Below are positions 1 through 10,124 of a DNA stretch of 64,000 nucleotides, piece by piece. A model generated the notes under the pieces. The model was not told the origin of the DNA and did not search any database. It was given only the letters and a program-made list of their open reading frames with translations. The first letter of the stretch is position 1, and every line of letters begins with the position of its first letter. Source of the stretch: Promethearchaeota archaeon (GTDB taxonomy: Archaea; Asgardarchaeota; Lokiarchaeia; Sigyniarchaeales; SOKP01); assembly GCA_048939015.1 (NCBI GenBank), contig JBHLPW010000008.1:18497-82496 (forward strand). Reading direction: 5' to 3'. A program made the translations under genes and the position numbers.

Positions 1-92
1 GATAATGCCCCTTTTTCACATTCATCTATACATGCGCCGCATCCTGCACAGCGATGCTTATTAAAAACTAATTTTCACTTTATTAGAAACAT
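1..92 (-). pseudogene. 5' part of a 4Fe-4S ferredoxin-like gene running off the window edge, with an interrupted start
   Basis: Minus strand reads ATG(92) F L I K TGA(77-75) KLVFNKHRCAGCGACIDECEKGAL, a CxxCxxCxxxC motif. An out-of-frame GTG at 78 would be in frame if one A were removed. Confidence 0.55.
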
Positions 93-150
93 GAATTTTA
101 GATTAATAAAAACTACAATTTTAGATAATTTAGGAGAATCTAATCCTTAA

Positions 151-312
151 ATGTTATTCTTATATTTTATTGCTTATATTATTCAATTACAATTTGAACA
201 GCTTAAAGCTGAAGATATAAAATCCATAAAAGTTGAAAAAGAATGGTTAAAAGAAATTTTATATGAGCTTAACAATTTAAGATATGTCCATATTTACTGT
301 CTTCGTAAATAA
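151..312 (+). CDS. Possible 53-aa small protein or gene remnant (MLFLYFIAYIIQLQFEQLKAEDIK...)
   Basis: Open frame ATG151-TAA312 read by hand; AGGAG upstream; no recognisable motif. Confidence 0.25.
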   Translation: MLFLYFIAYIIQLQFEQLKAEDIKSIKVEKEWLKEILYELNNLRYVHIYCLRK

Positions 313-334
313 ATTGAGAAAAAGTTTATTAAAT

Positions 335-556
335 TTAAGCTTCATTTAATTGATAATAAAATCCTTCATTTTTCAGGATTTTCAAAATTCCTTGCCTTCT
401 ATAAGTATTGAAGAGCTTCTTTACTTCAGGAGTAGGTATTCCATAATTTTCAGCTATGATTTCAATCATAAACTTAGGAAATTTCTTATAACTCTTTTGT
501 AAAGAGTGAAGAGCTTCCAAAAACCTTTCTGAATAATCAATTTCTGATAAAACCAT
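335..556 (-). CDS. Small basic hypothetical protein, probable winged-helix DNA-binding fold
   Basis: 73 aa; GAGGAG RBS; pattern IAENYGIPTPEVKKLFNTYRRQGILKI..GFYYQL resembles HTH plus wing. Confidence 0.6.
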   Translation of the reverse strand: MVLSEIDYSERFLEALHSLQKSYKKFPKFMIEIIAENYGIPTPEVKKLFNTYRRQGILKILKNEGFYYQLNEA

Positions 557-621
557 TCTCCTCAGCTTTAATTATTTGAAAATTATTGGAATTTAATACT
601 TATAATATTCTTAATTCTATT

Positions 622-701
622 AATAATGTGATGTATCGGATATATAAAGGTTAGCATATAGAAGCAATTAATGTGGTGATAAAGTGTCACATCACATTAT
701 T
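622..701. promoter_or_regulatory. 13-bp inverted repeat pair flanking a TATA-like box upstream of the 335-556 gene
   Basis: AATAATGTGATGT (622-634) and its reverse complement ACATCACATTATT (689-701); TTTATATA on the minus strand near 641-648; related half-site AATGTGGTGA near 670. Confidence 0.45.
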
Positions 702-763
702 TTAAAAATAAAAACTATTAGAAAACATTAGAAAAACATCAAGGCAAGGTAAAATCGTTGTAT

Positions 764-1219
764 TTAATCATCTGCAAACCAATATCGTTTACCTACTTTT
801 ATCCAGTTTTCTAATCCCATCTCTTTTATGCTTTGAAAGTTTTTTAAATGAGAATCGCCATACAATTCTTTCTTAACTGCTGTTCTGAGAATTTCACATT
901 TTTCATAACTTTCGCATTCATAACATGCGAAGAATCCCTTTTCACGACAGCACTTTCTAACTTTGCAACTATGCTCATCATCTTCTTTTTCCCTGCAAAT
1001 CTTTTCACATTTTAGTTCCGTAATGAACTGGAGCATATCATGAAATTTATAATATTCTTTTAGTTTCTCAGTAAATATATTCTTCGCAGTATGTTCAAAT
1101 TTATATTTAGTAAGTTGTTGATTTAACTTAATGGCTGCATCAGCAATTTCACCTGAATAACCAGCACAATCTCCACAATAAAGCCCACAATATGCAAGTA
1201 ATTCTTTTTTATCTTTCAT
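764..1219 (-). CDS. DUF3795-type Cys-rich protein
   Basis: YCGLYCGDC...C...CKVRKCC....ACYEC....C pattern. Confidence 0.8.
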   Translation of the reverse strand: MKDKKELLAYCGLYCGDCAGYSGEIADAAIKLNQQLTKYKFEHTAKNIFTEKLKEYYKFHDMLQFITELKCEKICREKEDDEHSCKVRKCCREKGFFACYECESYEKCEILRTAVKKELYGDSHLKNFQSIKEMGLENWIKVGKRYWFADD

Positions 1220-1383
1220 TGTTATTCTTTTATAATTATGGGAACTTGAATTATAAACGTTTGCCTATTGAAGTAGGGGTTAATTTGCATATAAAGAAAC
1301 TTATAAAAATCAATTATCCATGGAACTAAGAATTTTAAATACACATATGAATGTCTTAAAATAAATTATCTGTTTTTAAAAAA

Positions 1384-2277
1384 TTAAATGATCCCTAATT
1401 GATTTATTATATAACTCATCCATAAACCTGGTTTTTTAGGAATATCAAAATCTATCCACGCACTTTTCATATAAGATGTGTCTACCTGCCAGTATCCATC
1501 AGATTGTTGCTTTCTGTTTAATAGTTTTTTAGCATCTTCACAGCGTTTATCTTCTAATAAGTCATTAGCTTTTAGAAGAGATAATATTTCAATAATGTTT
1601 GATCTATAGGTATAAGGATAAAAGTTCAAGATGATGGAATCCTCTATTGGCTTATCTACTGATAATTTTTTGTAAACTCTATGTTGAAGGATATATTCTA
1701 AACCTTGAGCAAGTTTAGTATTAAGCTCCTCTGAGCCCCCAAAATACTTCTTATATTCGGTAAGAGTGATCATCGATTTTATGATACTGTAATAACAAGG
1801 AACTTTTTTCATACAACCTCCAAACCTAGTATACAGATCCTTTCCAGGCCATGAACATTCTTTACCTCTCTCAACTGATTGATACTTCAATATCCAGTCA
1901 ATACCAGCATCTATTTTCCGTTTATCTTCATATTGCATCTTTATTAGAATTGTTGTAATCATAGCATTATGGCAAGCGAGTAAATTTTCCTTAGTTCCCT
2001 CCAATGAAAAACCCTCTTTAATATAGGACTTATCTACAAGAACTTTAATCCATTCCTGAACTTTTTCATATGTGTTTGTAAAAGGAATTTCTGAAAGTTC
2101 TAATAACCGCCATTCAAGAGCTCGGATACCCACAAAAGTAACTGGAGGTCGTTTAGGTGGTTCTAATAGTTTTGAAATAAGCTCTGATTGTTCCAACATT
2201 TTCTTTGCTTCTTTTAAAGCTATTTCTTCACCCCTATCATAAGCTTTTTTCAGTGTTAAAGCCGAGTCTTCAGTCAT
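1384..2277 (-). CDS. Hypothetical protein, alpha/alpha-toroid (prenyltransferase/squalene-cyclase-like repeat) fold
   Basis: GIDWILKYQ and LLNRKQQSDGYW QW-like motifs; 297 aa. Confidence 0.6.
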   Translation of the reverse strand: MTEDSALTLKKAYDRGEEIALKEAKKMLEQSELISKLLEPPKRPPVTFVGIRALEWRLLELSEIPFTNTYEKVQEWIKVLVDKSYIKEGFSLEGTKENLLACHNAMITTILIKMQYEDKRKIDAGIDWILKYQSVERGKECSWPGKDLYTRFGGCMKKVPCYYSIIKSMITLTEYKKYFGGSEELNTKLAQGLEYILQHRVYKKLSVDKPIEDSIILNFYPYTYRSNIIEILSLLKANDLLEDKRCEDAKKLLNRKQQSDGYWQVDTSYMKSAWIDFDIPKKPGLWMSYIINQLGII

Positions 2278-2448
2278 ATATTATATCAATCTTTCCTAAA
2301 TAATGAATTTTCTTGAAAAACCTTTATTTTTATTAATATTAAATAAAACTAATTATAGTTTTTTGTGGATAAATTAAAGAAATAACATTAATAAGGATTC
2401 AAAACGATAAAATATAATCTAATATTTCACTAATCATTTAGAGAATGA

Positions 2449-3693
2449 GTGCTTATGCCGTATGATTTGATAATTGTTGGAGGCGGTCCAGGTGGGGCTA
2501 CTTCTGCCAAAATTGTGGCAGAACAAGGGTTAAATGTTTTACTCTTAGAAGCTGGGGAGGAAGGGCGGTATAAATGTTGTGCGGGTGGTATTCCTATGAG
2601 ATGTGAGGATTTTTCTCCTATTCCACATGGAGTTAATGAACGTGTAATTACTGGGGGTGTGTTAGTTACTCCTAAGAAGGAACCGATGGAATTTGAAGCT
2701 ACAGGAGAGAAAAATAAAGGTTTTTGCATGTTTCGAACTGACTTCGATAAATATTTACTAAATCAAGCCCGTGATGCTGGGGTAGAGGTGAAATATAAGT
2801 TCCGAGTAAAGAATGTTCATATTAAGGAGGATAAAGTAAAAGTAATAGGACCGAATGAATATGACTGCAAGTGTATTGTAATTGCTACAGGTATTGGTGG
2901 TGCCATTCTTCAGAGGAGTCTTGGAATAGAAGTACCTCCAATGATAAATGCGGTTCAAGCAGAGTTTGCCATACCAGAAACTATCATAGATGAACAATTC
3001 GGCAATAAAATTTGGGAGTTCTTTAACACTTCATTGATTGATCATGGAATTGCTTGGGCGTTCCCCAAGCTTAATGCAGTAAGTATTGGTGTATTGGGTA
3101 AAGGTGTGAAGAAAACACACTTTGATGCATTCCTCCAGTCTCCTCAGATGAAACAAAAATTAGTTAATGGCGATATGATGACTTTCAGTGGTCGTAAGAT
3201 TTGGGCAGCGCCTATCCCTGATAAAATGATTAAAAAACCCTATGGTAACCGAGTTATGGTTATTGGGGATGCGTGTGGTACAGCAGACCCTATTTTATAT
3301 GAAGGAATTTATCAAGCTCGTATGTCAGCTAAGATTGCTGCTGAAGTTTTCTGTAAAGCTTTTGAAGAGGGAGACTTCGGAGAAAAAAGTCTTTCTAGAT
3401 ATAAAAAGCACCTTCTGAAGGAACTCTATAATGAAGAATTGCGATACAGTTATAGATTCCACCGATTATTATTTCATAGTAATCAATTAGAGAACTTAAT
3501 CGAAGCAACGTATTCTTTAGCACAAGAAGATCCTGATATGCTGGAATCAACAATTGCTTTATTCTCAGGAACTCAAACTAGGAAGCAGATCTGGGAAAGA
3601 TTAATGTCCAACAAATGGAAACTTATTAAAAATCTAGGTATTTCAAATAGTTTACGTTTAATTCCTTCGTTGCTTCGCGCTTTACGTATATAA
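2449..3693 (+). CDS. Geranylgeranyl reductase family FAD-dependent oxidoreductase
   Basis: IVGGGPGGA dinucleotide motif, KCCAGG, RTDFDKYL, AWAFPK, IGDACG..DPILYEGIYQA. Confidence 0.85.
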   Translation: MLMPYDLIIVGGGPGGATSAKIVAEQGLNVLLLEAGEEGRYKCCAGGIPMRCEDFSPIPHGVNERVITGGVLVTPKKEPMEFEATGEKNKGFCMFRTDFDKYLLNQARDAGVEVKYKFRVKNVHIKEDKVKVIGPNEYDCKCIVIATGIGGAILQRSLGIEVPPMINAVQAEFAIPETIIDEQFGNKIWEFFNTSLIDHGIAWAFPKLNAVSIGVLGKGVKKTHFDAFLQSPQMKQKLVNGDMMTFSGRKIWAAPIPDKMIKKPYGNRVMVIGDACGTADPILYEGIYQARMSAKIAAEVFCKAFEEGDFGEKSLSRYKKHLLKELYNEELRYSYRFHRLLFHSNQLENLIEATYSLAQEDPDMLESTIALFSGTQTRKQIWERLMSNKWKLIKNLGISNSLRLIPSLLRALRI

Positions 3694-3713
3694 ATTAAAT
3701 AACAATAAGTATT

Positions 3714-4562
3714 TTGAGTATTAATCAAATGAATATTGGTATCTTTTATTTCTCAGCAACAGGAATTACAGAAAAAATTGCAAATCATATCGCTGTGATT
3801 TTAAGAAAAGAAGGAAATATCGTAAAACAAAAAAATATTATAACGCCTGAGAGTAGGCGAAATGCTATCGATTTTTTAGAATTTGATGCATGCATCTTCG
3901 GATTTCCCGTTTTTGGAGGAAGACCTCCAACTATTGCGGAGGAATGGATGAGCACGTTAGAGGGTAAGAATCTGAAGTGCTCCATGTTTTTTACTTATGG
4001 TGCTCGAGATTTGGAATGGGCACATCAAGTAACATATTACTTATTAACAAACGCGAATTTTAAGGTGGTTTTATCAGCAGAATTTATCGGTGCCCATTCA
4101 TTTAACGTCGGAGAGGGGTGGTCATTAGCAGAAGGTAGACCAAATCGACTAGATTTTGATATTGCTAGGCAGTTTGCCATAGAATCAGTTAAGAGGTTTC
4201 ATGGAGAGCTTTTATTTAATTTTGATTTATCAAAGTTTGTTTATGAGCCAAGAGAGACAGAAGAGACAGAAGAAACAGATGGACCATTTGCTATTTTTTA
4301 TCCTTTTCGAGAACAGAGTGAATGTAGTATGTGTTACTTGTGTGAAATCGAATGTCCAGCAGAAGCATTTAATGCGAACTCAGGAGAACCAGATAAAAGT
4401 TTATGTATTCAATGTATGCATTGTGTAACAATCTGTCCAGATAAGGTATTACAAATTGGTGATGTTTCTCATATATTCAAGGAATACTTTATAGATAAAT
4501 GGGGATTAACTGAAGAGGTAGTCAATAAAAAAAGGAGTAGGCTTGTTTTTGGGAAAGATTAA
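3714..4562 (+). CDS. EFR1-type flavodoxin/ferredoxin fusion
   Basis: YFSATGIT flavodoxin loop, GFPVF, two CxxCxxCxxxCP motifs; ATG3729 is an alternative start. Confidence 0.85.
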   Translation: MSINQMNIGIFYFSATGITEKIANHIAVILRKEGNIVKQKNIITPESRRNAIDFLEFDACIFGFPVFGGRPPTIAEEWMSTLEGKNLKCSMFFTYGARDLEWAHQVTYYLLTNANFKVVLSAEFIGAHSFNVGEGWSLAEGRPNRLDFDIARQFAIESVKRFHGELLFNFDLSKFVYEPRETEETEETDGPFAIFYPFREQSECSMCYLCEIECPAEAFNANSGEPDKSLCIQCMHCVTICPDKVLQIGDVSHIFKEYFIDKWGLTEEVVNKKRSRLVFGKD

Positions 4563-4630
4563 GAAAGTATTAATAGAATTAATTTCATATTAATTTAAAA
4601 ATATAATAGAAAGAGTAAGACTACAATAAA

Positions 4631-4717
4631 ATGATGACAGATTCGATCCTATTAATGCTCCTTATTATTCTTTTTGGGGCATTTGGATTCTTTTTTATGT
4701 TCTTCTTTGAATTTTAA
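4631..4717 (+). CDS. Possible 28-aa single-TM microprotein (MMTDSILLMLLIILFGAFGFFFMFFFEF)
   Basis: Hand-read ORF in an intergenic gap; uniformly hydrophobic, but T-rich DNA gives this by chance. Confidence 0.25.
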   Translation: MMTDSILLMLLIILFGAFGFFFMFFFEF

Positions 4718-4784
4718 GAGGTAAGTTCCTCTGATTATATCAGAAGGGTTATTTTAATTGATATTTTGCTATATTTAATTATAG

Positions 4785-6059
4785 TTACACTTCATAAGCC
4801 CATTCTCCATTTCGCATAACTGGTTCTATAGTACCATCCTCCAATATACCATCTACATTCATTTCTCCCGAACCAATCATAAAATCAACATGGATCAAAC
4901 TATCATTACCGCCAGCAGCCATGAATTCTTCCTCTGTTAAATCATCACCATCTTTCAATGACTCTCTATAGGCTTGACCTAATGCGATGTGATTAGAAGC
5001 ATTTTCATCTATTAAAATATTATAAAAAAGCATCCCCGTCTGTGAAATTGGACAACTATTAGGTACAAGAGCTATTTCACCTAATCTTCGGGCTCCTTCA
5101 TCAACTTCAATGACTTTAAGTATATGATCATGACCTACTTTTGCTTTTGCTTCAATTATACGCCCTTGAGAAAATTTAAGAATACACTTGTCAACAATTT
5201 TTCCTTGAAAGAGAACGGGTCGTGTAGTTTTAACAACCCCATCAACCTTATCTTTATGTGGCATTGTAAAAACTTCTTCAGTAGGTATGTTAGCTGTAAA
5301 ATCAATTCCTTTTAGTGTTTTTACGCTTCCACCTTTCCAAATATGATTCTGAGGTAAGCCAACTGTCAAATCTGTTTCCGGAGAAGTTAATTTTAAGGCA
5401 GTGAACTGTTTCTGATTTAAATAATCGCATCTCTTATGGAGGTTCTCATTATGTTTTTGCCATGCTGAAGTAGGATCTTCTTCATCTATTCTACATATTT
5501 TAAATATAACTTCCCATAATTTCTGAATTCTTTCATTTGCAGGAAGATCTGGAAATAATTTATTTGCCCAATCTTTGTTTGGTGTCGATATAATTAACCA
5601 GTTCAAAGCGTTTTGAGTAAGAAGATCTAGAACAGGTTTAGCATGTTTAAGATAATTGCGCTGGAATTTTGAAATTAGATTGGTGTCCACATCTTTGAAT
5701 AAATCAGGTTGTGGATTCATAATATGAAGATTCGCATCTCCAGCTTGAGAAATGTCGAGTCTCGCATCTATTCTCCATTGTGGATATTCCTCAAGCGCCT
5801 CCTCAGGACCATATTGAAATCGCATCAACCTTAATTCCAGATCACCCCATACTACATCAACTAATCTAGCCCCCATTTGATACGCTTTCTTGGTAATTAT
5901 ACGTACTAATTGAGCATTTTCAATCGATGTGCCATCGGAATTTGATGATGCCCCACCGATGAGTAACCGCTGCCCTGGTTGTAAATTTAACCCAACTTTT
6001 AATATCACGTCAGCATATTTTTCCAATTTTTGCTCAAATTCAGTAGATATTATGTTCAA
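4785..6059 (-). CDS. Aminopeptidase, peptidase M29 (AmpS/PepS/aminopeptidase II) family
   Basis: ANIPTEEVFT, LGEIALV, DENASNHIALGQAY, SLIHVDFMIG. Confidence 0.93.
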   Translation of the reverse strand: MNIISTEFEQKLEKYADVILKVGLNLQPGQRLLIGGASSNSDGTSIENAQLVRIITKKAYQMGARLVDVVWGDLELRLMRFQYGPEEALEEYPQWRIDARLDISQAGDANLHIMNPQPDLFKDVDTNLISKFQRNYLKHAKPVLDLLTQNALNWLIISTPNKDWANKLFPDLPANERIQKLWEVIFKICRIDEEDPTSAWQKHNENLHKRCDYLNQKQFTALKLTSPETDLTVGLPQNHIWKGGSVKTLKGIDFTANIPTEEVFTMPHKDKVDGVVKTTRPVLFQGKIVDKCILKFSQGRIIEAKAKVGHDHILKVIEVDEGARRLGEIALVPNSCPISQTGMLFYNILIDENASNHIALGQAYRESLKDGDDLTEEEFMAAGGNDSLIHVDFMIGSGEMNVDGILEDGTIEPVMRNGEWAYEV

Positions 6060-6163
6060 ATCACCTTTATAATTATTTAAAGTTAGTTTGTAATAATTAA
6101 AAAGGCTTTAGAACAATAAGACATATTTTTAAAAAAAGAAAAAAATGATGTTAATTCAAATAC

Positions 6164-7744
6164 TTACCATATATACGAACCTATTAACTGCATTAGAATA
6201 GCTTGACCAAATACAACGATTAATAATATTCCAAGCTCGGATCGAGAGATTCGATTATAAGATTCTTGAATATAGATCGCTACTGGAATTAATAAGAATG
6301 GATAGAGAAACATAGCGGCTCGGGCGGTTTCTCCATGGTCATAAGCACCAAGAGCAAAAATTATTAATAATGTAATAATTGCAGCAGATACTAAGTGATA
6401 TAATTGAGCAGATGTATCATCTAATAATTTTCTTCTCTTTAATATTCTGAAACCTTGATAGAACAAGACTATCAATATTGGTCCGAAAAACATTAAAATA
6501 TCCATAATGTTTTTGACTCGAGTGGTAAAGTATTCAAATGGATTGGTAATTAATTTCCAACCTTGAGAAGTTTCTGCTGTCATTGCGGTCAAGAATGAGT
6601 TTATGTAATTAAAATTTAATATTAATAGGAGTAATCCATATATTCCTATTATTCCCAAAATAATTGCAATTAAACGCTGAGAATCTTTTAACGTTCCTTT
6701 TATTCCTTCTTTACTTAGTAACATATCTCTTTTTAGAGATCCTTTTCTCTTTAGATTAAATATTTCATAAAAACAAAGACAAACTATAATAAACAAAGCC
6801 ATAAAGGAGATAAAGGAGGCCAAGAAAGCACATAATATACAACCAATAATAGAGATAACTTTCTTTTCATATAAATAGAAATAAATTACCCCAATAATTA
6901 ATGTAGTTACAATCGCGTAGATATTTGCGAGATAATAGACTTGAATTGCTGGAAGCAAGAGATACACGAAAATCATGTACCTAGGAACCTCTCCTTCAAA
7001 AAGTCTCTTGAAAATACCATGTAAAAAATAGGTAGAAAACATTGCTGAAACTACACAAATAGCAATTGCTATAATTCCAGGAGAATTGAATAATAGAAAG
7101 AAGATATATATGATTAAAACTGCTCCTGGAGGGTGAGTCCTTGCATGAACAGAAAGAGAATCTTGGAGGGCTTCAAAATCACGTATAAAAGAGATTGGAT
7201 TTACAATTTGAATTGCATCTGTATAAATTTCACCATTACCACCAATGGTACTGACAATTCCACTCTCCCAACCACTTATTAAGTTGGTGAAAATGATTAA
7301 TAAGGTTCCAAATAACACGACCAAATAAATATTTAGGTTTCTTGGTCTACTTCTAAAAAAATATTGAATTACGATTAAAAAACTAAGAAAAATAATAGCG
7401 AATAATACTACTTCAGAAATAGTGGGCAAAGAAAATGAACCCCAAAATGGCCAAATATTTATTCCACTTCCGTTCAGAGGAGAGATTTGTGAGACCCCAG
7501 GAAGAGGCATACCTTCAGGGGGAAGGTCTCCCGTCATAGGGCCTCGAGTTATTGAAGTCAATGATACTATTAAATAATATAATCCAATTATCCCGAGCAA
7601 TATAAACAATGTATATATAAAGGATTTGATATTACTCCTAGAAAAAATAATCAAATTCTCATTTTGTTTGTGGCTATCATTCTCTTTTTCCATTACATCA
7701 TGTTCAAATTCCCAATCATCTTTGTTAACCATAAAATCTGTCAC
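6164..7744 (-). CDS. Polytopic membrane protein, probable GT-C fold (lipid-linked sugar) glycosyltransferase
   Basis: About 12 TM segments; extracytoplasmic EIYTDA...HARTHPPG loop; GETAR late loop. Confidence 0.6.
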   Translation of the reverse strand: MTDFMVNKDDWEFEHDVMEKENDSHKQNENLIIFSRSNIKSFIYTLFILLGIIGLYYLIVSLTSITRGPMTGDLPPEGMPLPGVSQISPLNGSGINIWPFWGSFSLPTISEVVLFAIIFLSFLIVIQYFFRSRPRNLNIYLVVLFGTLLIIFTNLISGWESGIVSTIGGNGEIYTDAIQIVNPISFIRDFEALQDSLSVHARTHPPGAVLIIYIFFLLFNSPGIIAIAICVVSAMFSTYFLHGIFKRLFEGEVPRYMIFVYLLLPAIQVYYLANIYAIVTTLIIGVIYFYLYEKKVISIIGCILCAFLASFISFMALFIIVCLCFYEIFNLKRKGSLKRDMLLSKEGIKGTLKDSQRLIAIILGIIGIYGLLLLILNFNYINSFLTAMTAETSQGWKLITNPFEYFTTRVKNIMDILMFFGPILIVLFYQGFRILKRRKLLDDTSAQLYHLVSAAIITLLIIFALGAYDHGETARAAMFLYPFLLIPVAIYIQESYNRISRSELGILLIVVFGQAILMQLIGSYIW

Positions 7745-7892
7745 CTTTTCTTAAAAAAGTATAATACTATTAAGGAAAATCATAAAATTGTAATTTTTAA
7801 ATGCTTTCAGACCAATGTTCCCAAAGATTTTTTATAACCATAAGACTATTATTTTCAAGTGAAAAGATTTTCCTTGGTCAAATTTAAACAGG

Positions 7893-8195
7893 ATGCCATC
7901 TTCTCAGTACCGTTCAACTAATATTATCATCCAAACAATTTTAGAAGGAATACTAAGAGCATTCAAAGATAAGCGAAATCCTCGAAAAGGAATAATTAAA
8001 TCACACTTAATTGAATATTGTGGATTAAAAACAAGTACAGCGGATAAATATTTTAAGAGAATGGAAAAAGCAGGTTATATATCATCATATGAAGAAGCTT
8101 GGGGAGAACGAGTGAGAATTGTTTACGAGATTACTCCAAAAGGTCATGAAAGATATGAATGGTTCGTAAAAATCAATACAGAATTAGGAGGTTAA
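7893..8195 (+). CDS. Archaeal winged-helix transcriptional regulator (HTH_45-like)
   Basis: RS..II..ILE, GLKTSTADKYF..ME..GYI, YEITPKG. Confidence 0.8.
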   Translation: MPSSQYRSTNIIIQTILEGILRAFKDKRNPRKGIIKSHLIEYCGLKTSTADKYFKRMEKAGYISSYEEAWGERVRIVYEITPKGHERYEWFVKINTELGG

Positions 8196-8203
8196 AGAAT
8201 ATA

Positions 8204-8866
8204 ATGAAAGATTCGCTTGAAAATAATATTAAACACAATGCAGAAAAGAATAATTTTGAAACAAATTTCTCAAGAATGGAGAGAGGTGGCTTGAATTATA
8301 TTAAAAATGAAAGAAATTATTTGATACTTAGTGCGCTTGTTCCTATTTATATTATTATTGTCCAATGTATCAATTTAGGATATATTTTTACAGCACCACC
8401 GCTTAATCCATTAGATCCTCGACCACCTCCCAATATAATTAACGTATTTACTCCTATCAGTATTTTATTAATTATCTCGTTCTTTGCTTTAGTAAATTTT
8501 AGATATCTACTTGTATGGAAAAATAAAGTTAACCTCTATGAGGGGAAAAAAACGGGTAAACAAAAATCATTAACTTCTTTATTCTATGATATTATTCGAA
8601 GCATGGAAAAAATTAAGATAATCTTCATTATAGTAAATATAATTAGTATATACTATTTCATGTGGTTCGTTCTATGGGTATTAAGGATAGTGGCACCACT
8701 TCATCCGCCACCACCGCTTCATGTTAACATTTTAAATGATTTATCACTATTAGGTTTATTAATTTACTTGATTCTTCAATGGAAGCATTTTATTCAATGG
8801 AACAGAAAATTAACGCAATTAAAGCTTTTTGAGCAGAAAATTTATTCTGAAATATGTGAATCATAA
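8204..8866 (+). CDS. 4-TM membrane protein with Pro-rich loops, co-transcribed with the wHTH gene
   Basis: ORF 8159-8866; likely start ATG8204 after AGGAGG; four hydrophobic helices; C-terminal W..KL..L..FE helix. Confidence 0.7.
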   Translation: MKDSLENNIKHNAEKNNFETNFSRMERGGLNYIKNERNYLILSALVPIYIIIVQCINLGYIFTAPPLNPLDPRPPPNIINVFTPISILLIISFFALVNFRYLLVWKNKVNLYEGKKTGKQKSLTSLFYDIIRSMEKIKIIFIIVNIISIYYFMWFVLWVLRIVAPLHPPPPLHVNILNDLSLLGLLIYLILQWKHFIQWNRKLTQLKLFEQKIYSEICES

Positions 8867-8939
8867 TACTGAGGATTATAGGTCGATAGCTAAAAAAAAT
8901 AAAAATTTCTAGCCAAATTTACTGAAATTTATGATATTT

Positions 8940-10079
8940 TTAAGGTAATCCTGCCTTTTTCTTACATTCCTTAATATGGCGACATTCAGTTTTACGAAAT
9001 GTATAATGAGGACATGTACAGGTCCATGTATTATCAGAATGTAATTTTACTTGATAGATTTTGCTTGGATCGCTTGAGCTTAGTATCTCCCATTCCTGCT
9101 CCTGTACATTAGGTTTTTTTGCCTTTCCTTTTAGTTTATCTTTCATACTTCTTTTTTGTATAATTTTAATGCTAGAGACTCTTTTGAGCATTTTTATTTT
9201 CTGAATAGAGTCTAAATTTACTGTGCCTCTACAAGAAATTAACTGTCCTTCCTTAAGCTTAAATTTATTATAAGCGTTATCACTTATTCTTACCAATAAT
9301 TCATCCAATTCTCTAATATCATCCTGTTTTTCAAGTGGACTTATAAAAACATCCTTTAATGTAGTAAGAAAGTAGGTAGTGGTATGATCTTGCCATTCTT
9401 GTTCCTTTTCTTCAAATTTCATTAACTCAGCTTCATGAATAAGTACTCTCTCGTTAATGTATTCATCTAATATAGCATCTTCTGATCCCCCATCTATTAG
9501 TCGAAATTCCCCTTCTTCTTTAGGCAGGATTTTAATATTTTTCACTCTCTTCTCAAAATCTTTTGGTAAGGAAGTTAATGTCCAGTCTGACAGATTAAAG
9601 TACCCTTGTTGTAAGGAAAAGATAAATCCAATCCAAAAATGATTACAAAATCCCATATTTGCTCCAATTCTACAATCGCAATCCCGTTCAGGATTTTGGA
9701 TATTCTCAGGAGTTATTGCAATATATGAGGTTGTTTCCCAATTAAATCCTTTAAAAGCTAACTCAACTTCATGCTTCTTAGGATTTACAACTTTAATATT
9801 TGTTATTGTTTCTCTTTCTTTATTCTGGATTTTGTTAAAAGCGGTATTAATACTTTCAGCAATTATTTCAGGCTCTTTTTCAATTAACAACTCTTTTTTT
9901 TCTTCCTCTGATAATGAATCCAAAATGAAGGTAATTAATTCATCCCGTTTAAATTTAGAAAAACCCTTAATACCGAATTGTCTGCATATTTGCTTCAACT
10001 CATCCATATTAAAAGAAAAAAGCAGCATATTCAGGTATTTATCATCCGAAATTGCACGTTTACTTTCTTTTCTAGTAAT
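8940..10079 (-). CDS. Double SWIM zinc-finger protein with N-terminal HeH/Rho-N-like motif and probable OB-fold
   Basis: ELKQICRQFGIKGFSKFKRDELI; CDC-x8-CNH; C-terminal CTC-x9-CRH; frame open upstream of ATG10028 to ATT10079 behind GGTGG. Confidence 0.7.
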   Translation of the reverse strand: MTRKESKRAISDDKYLNMLLFSFNMDELKQICRQFGIKGFSKFKRDELITFILDSLSEEEKKELLIEKEPEIIAESINTAFNKIQNKERETITNIKVVNPKKHEVELAFKGFNWETTSYIAITPENIQNPERDCDCRIGANMGFCNHFWIGFIFSLQQGYFNLSDWTLTSLPKDFEKRVKNIKILPKEEGEFRLIDGGSEDAILDEYINERVLIHEAELMKFEEKEQEWQDHTTTYFLTTLKDVFISPLEKQDDIRELDELLVRISDNAYNKFKLKEGQLISCRGTVNLDSIQKIKMLKRVSSIKIIQKRSMKDKLKGKAKKPNVQEQEWEILSSSDPSKIYQVKLHSDNTWTCTCPHYTFRKTECRHIKECKKKAGLP

Positions 10080-10124
10080 ATTATACCACCATGCGTCTAT
10101 TATTTATAAAAATTTATTGATTCC

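Noticed and set aside
4253-4278. Short tandem repeat GAGACAGAA (ETEETEET)
   Set aside because: An in-frame linker duplication with no sign of phase variation
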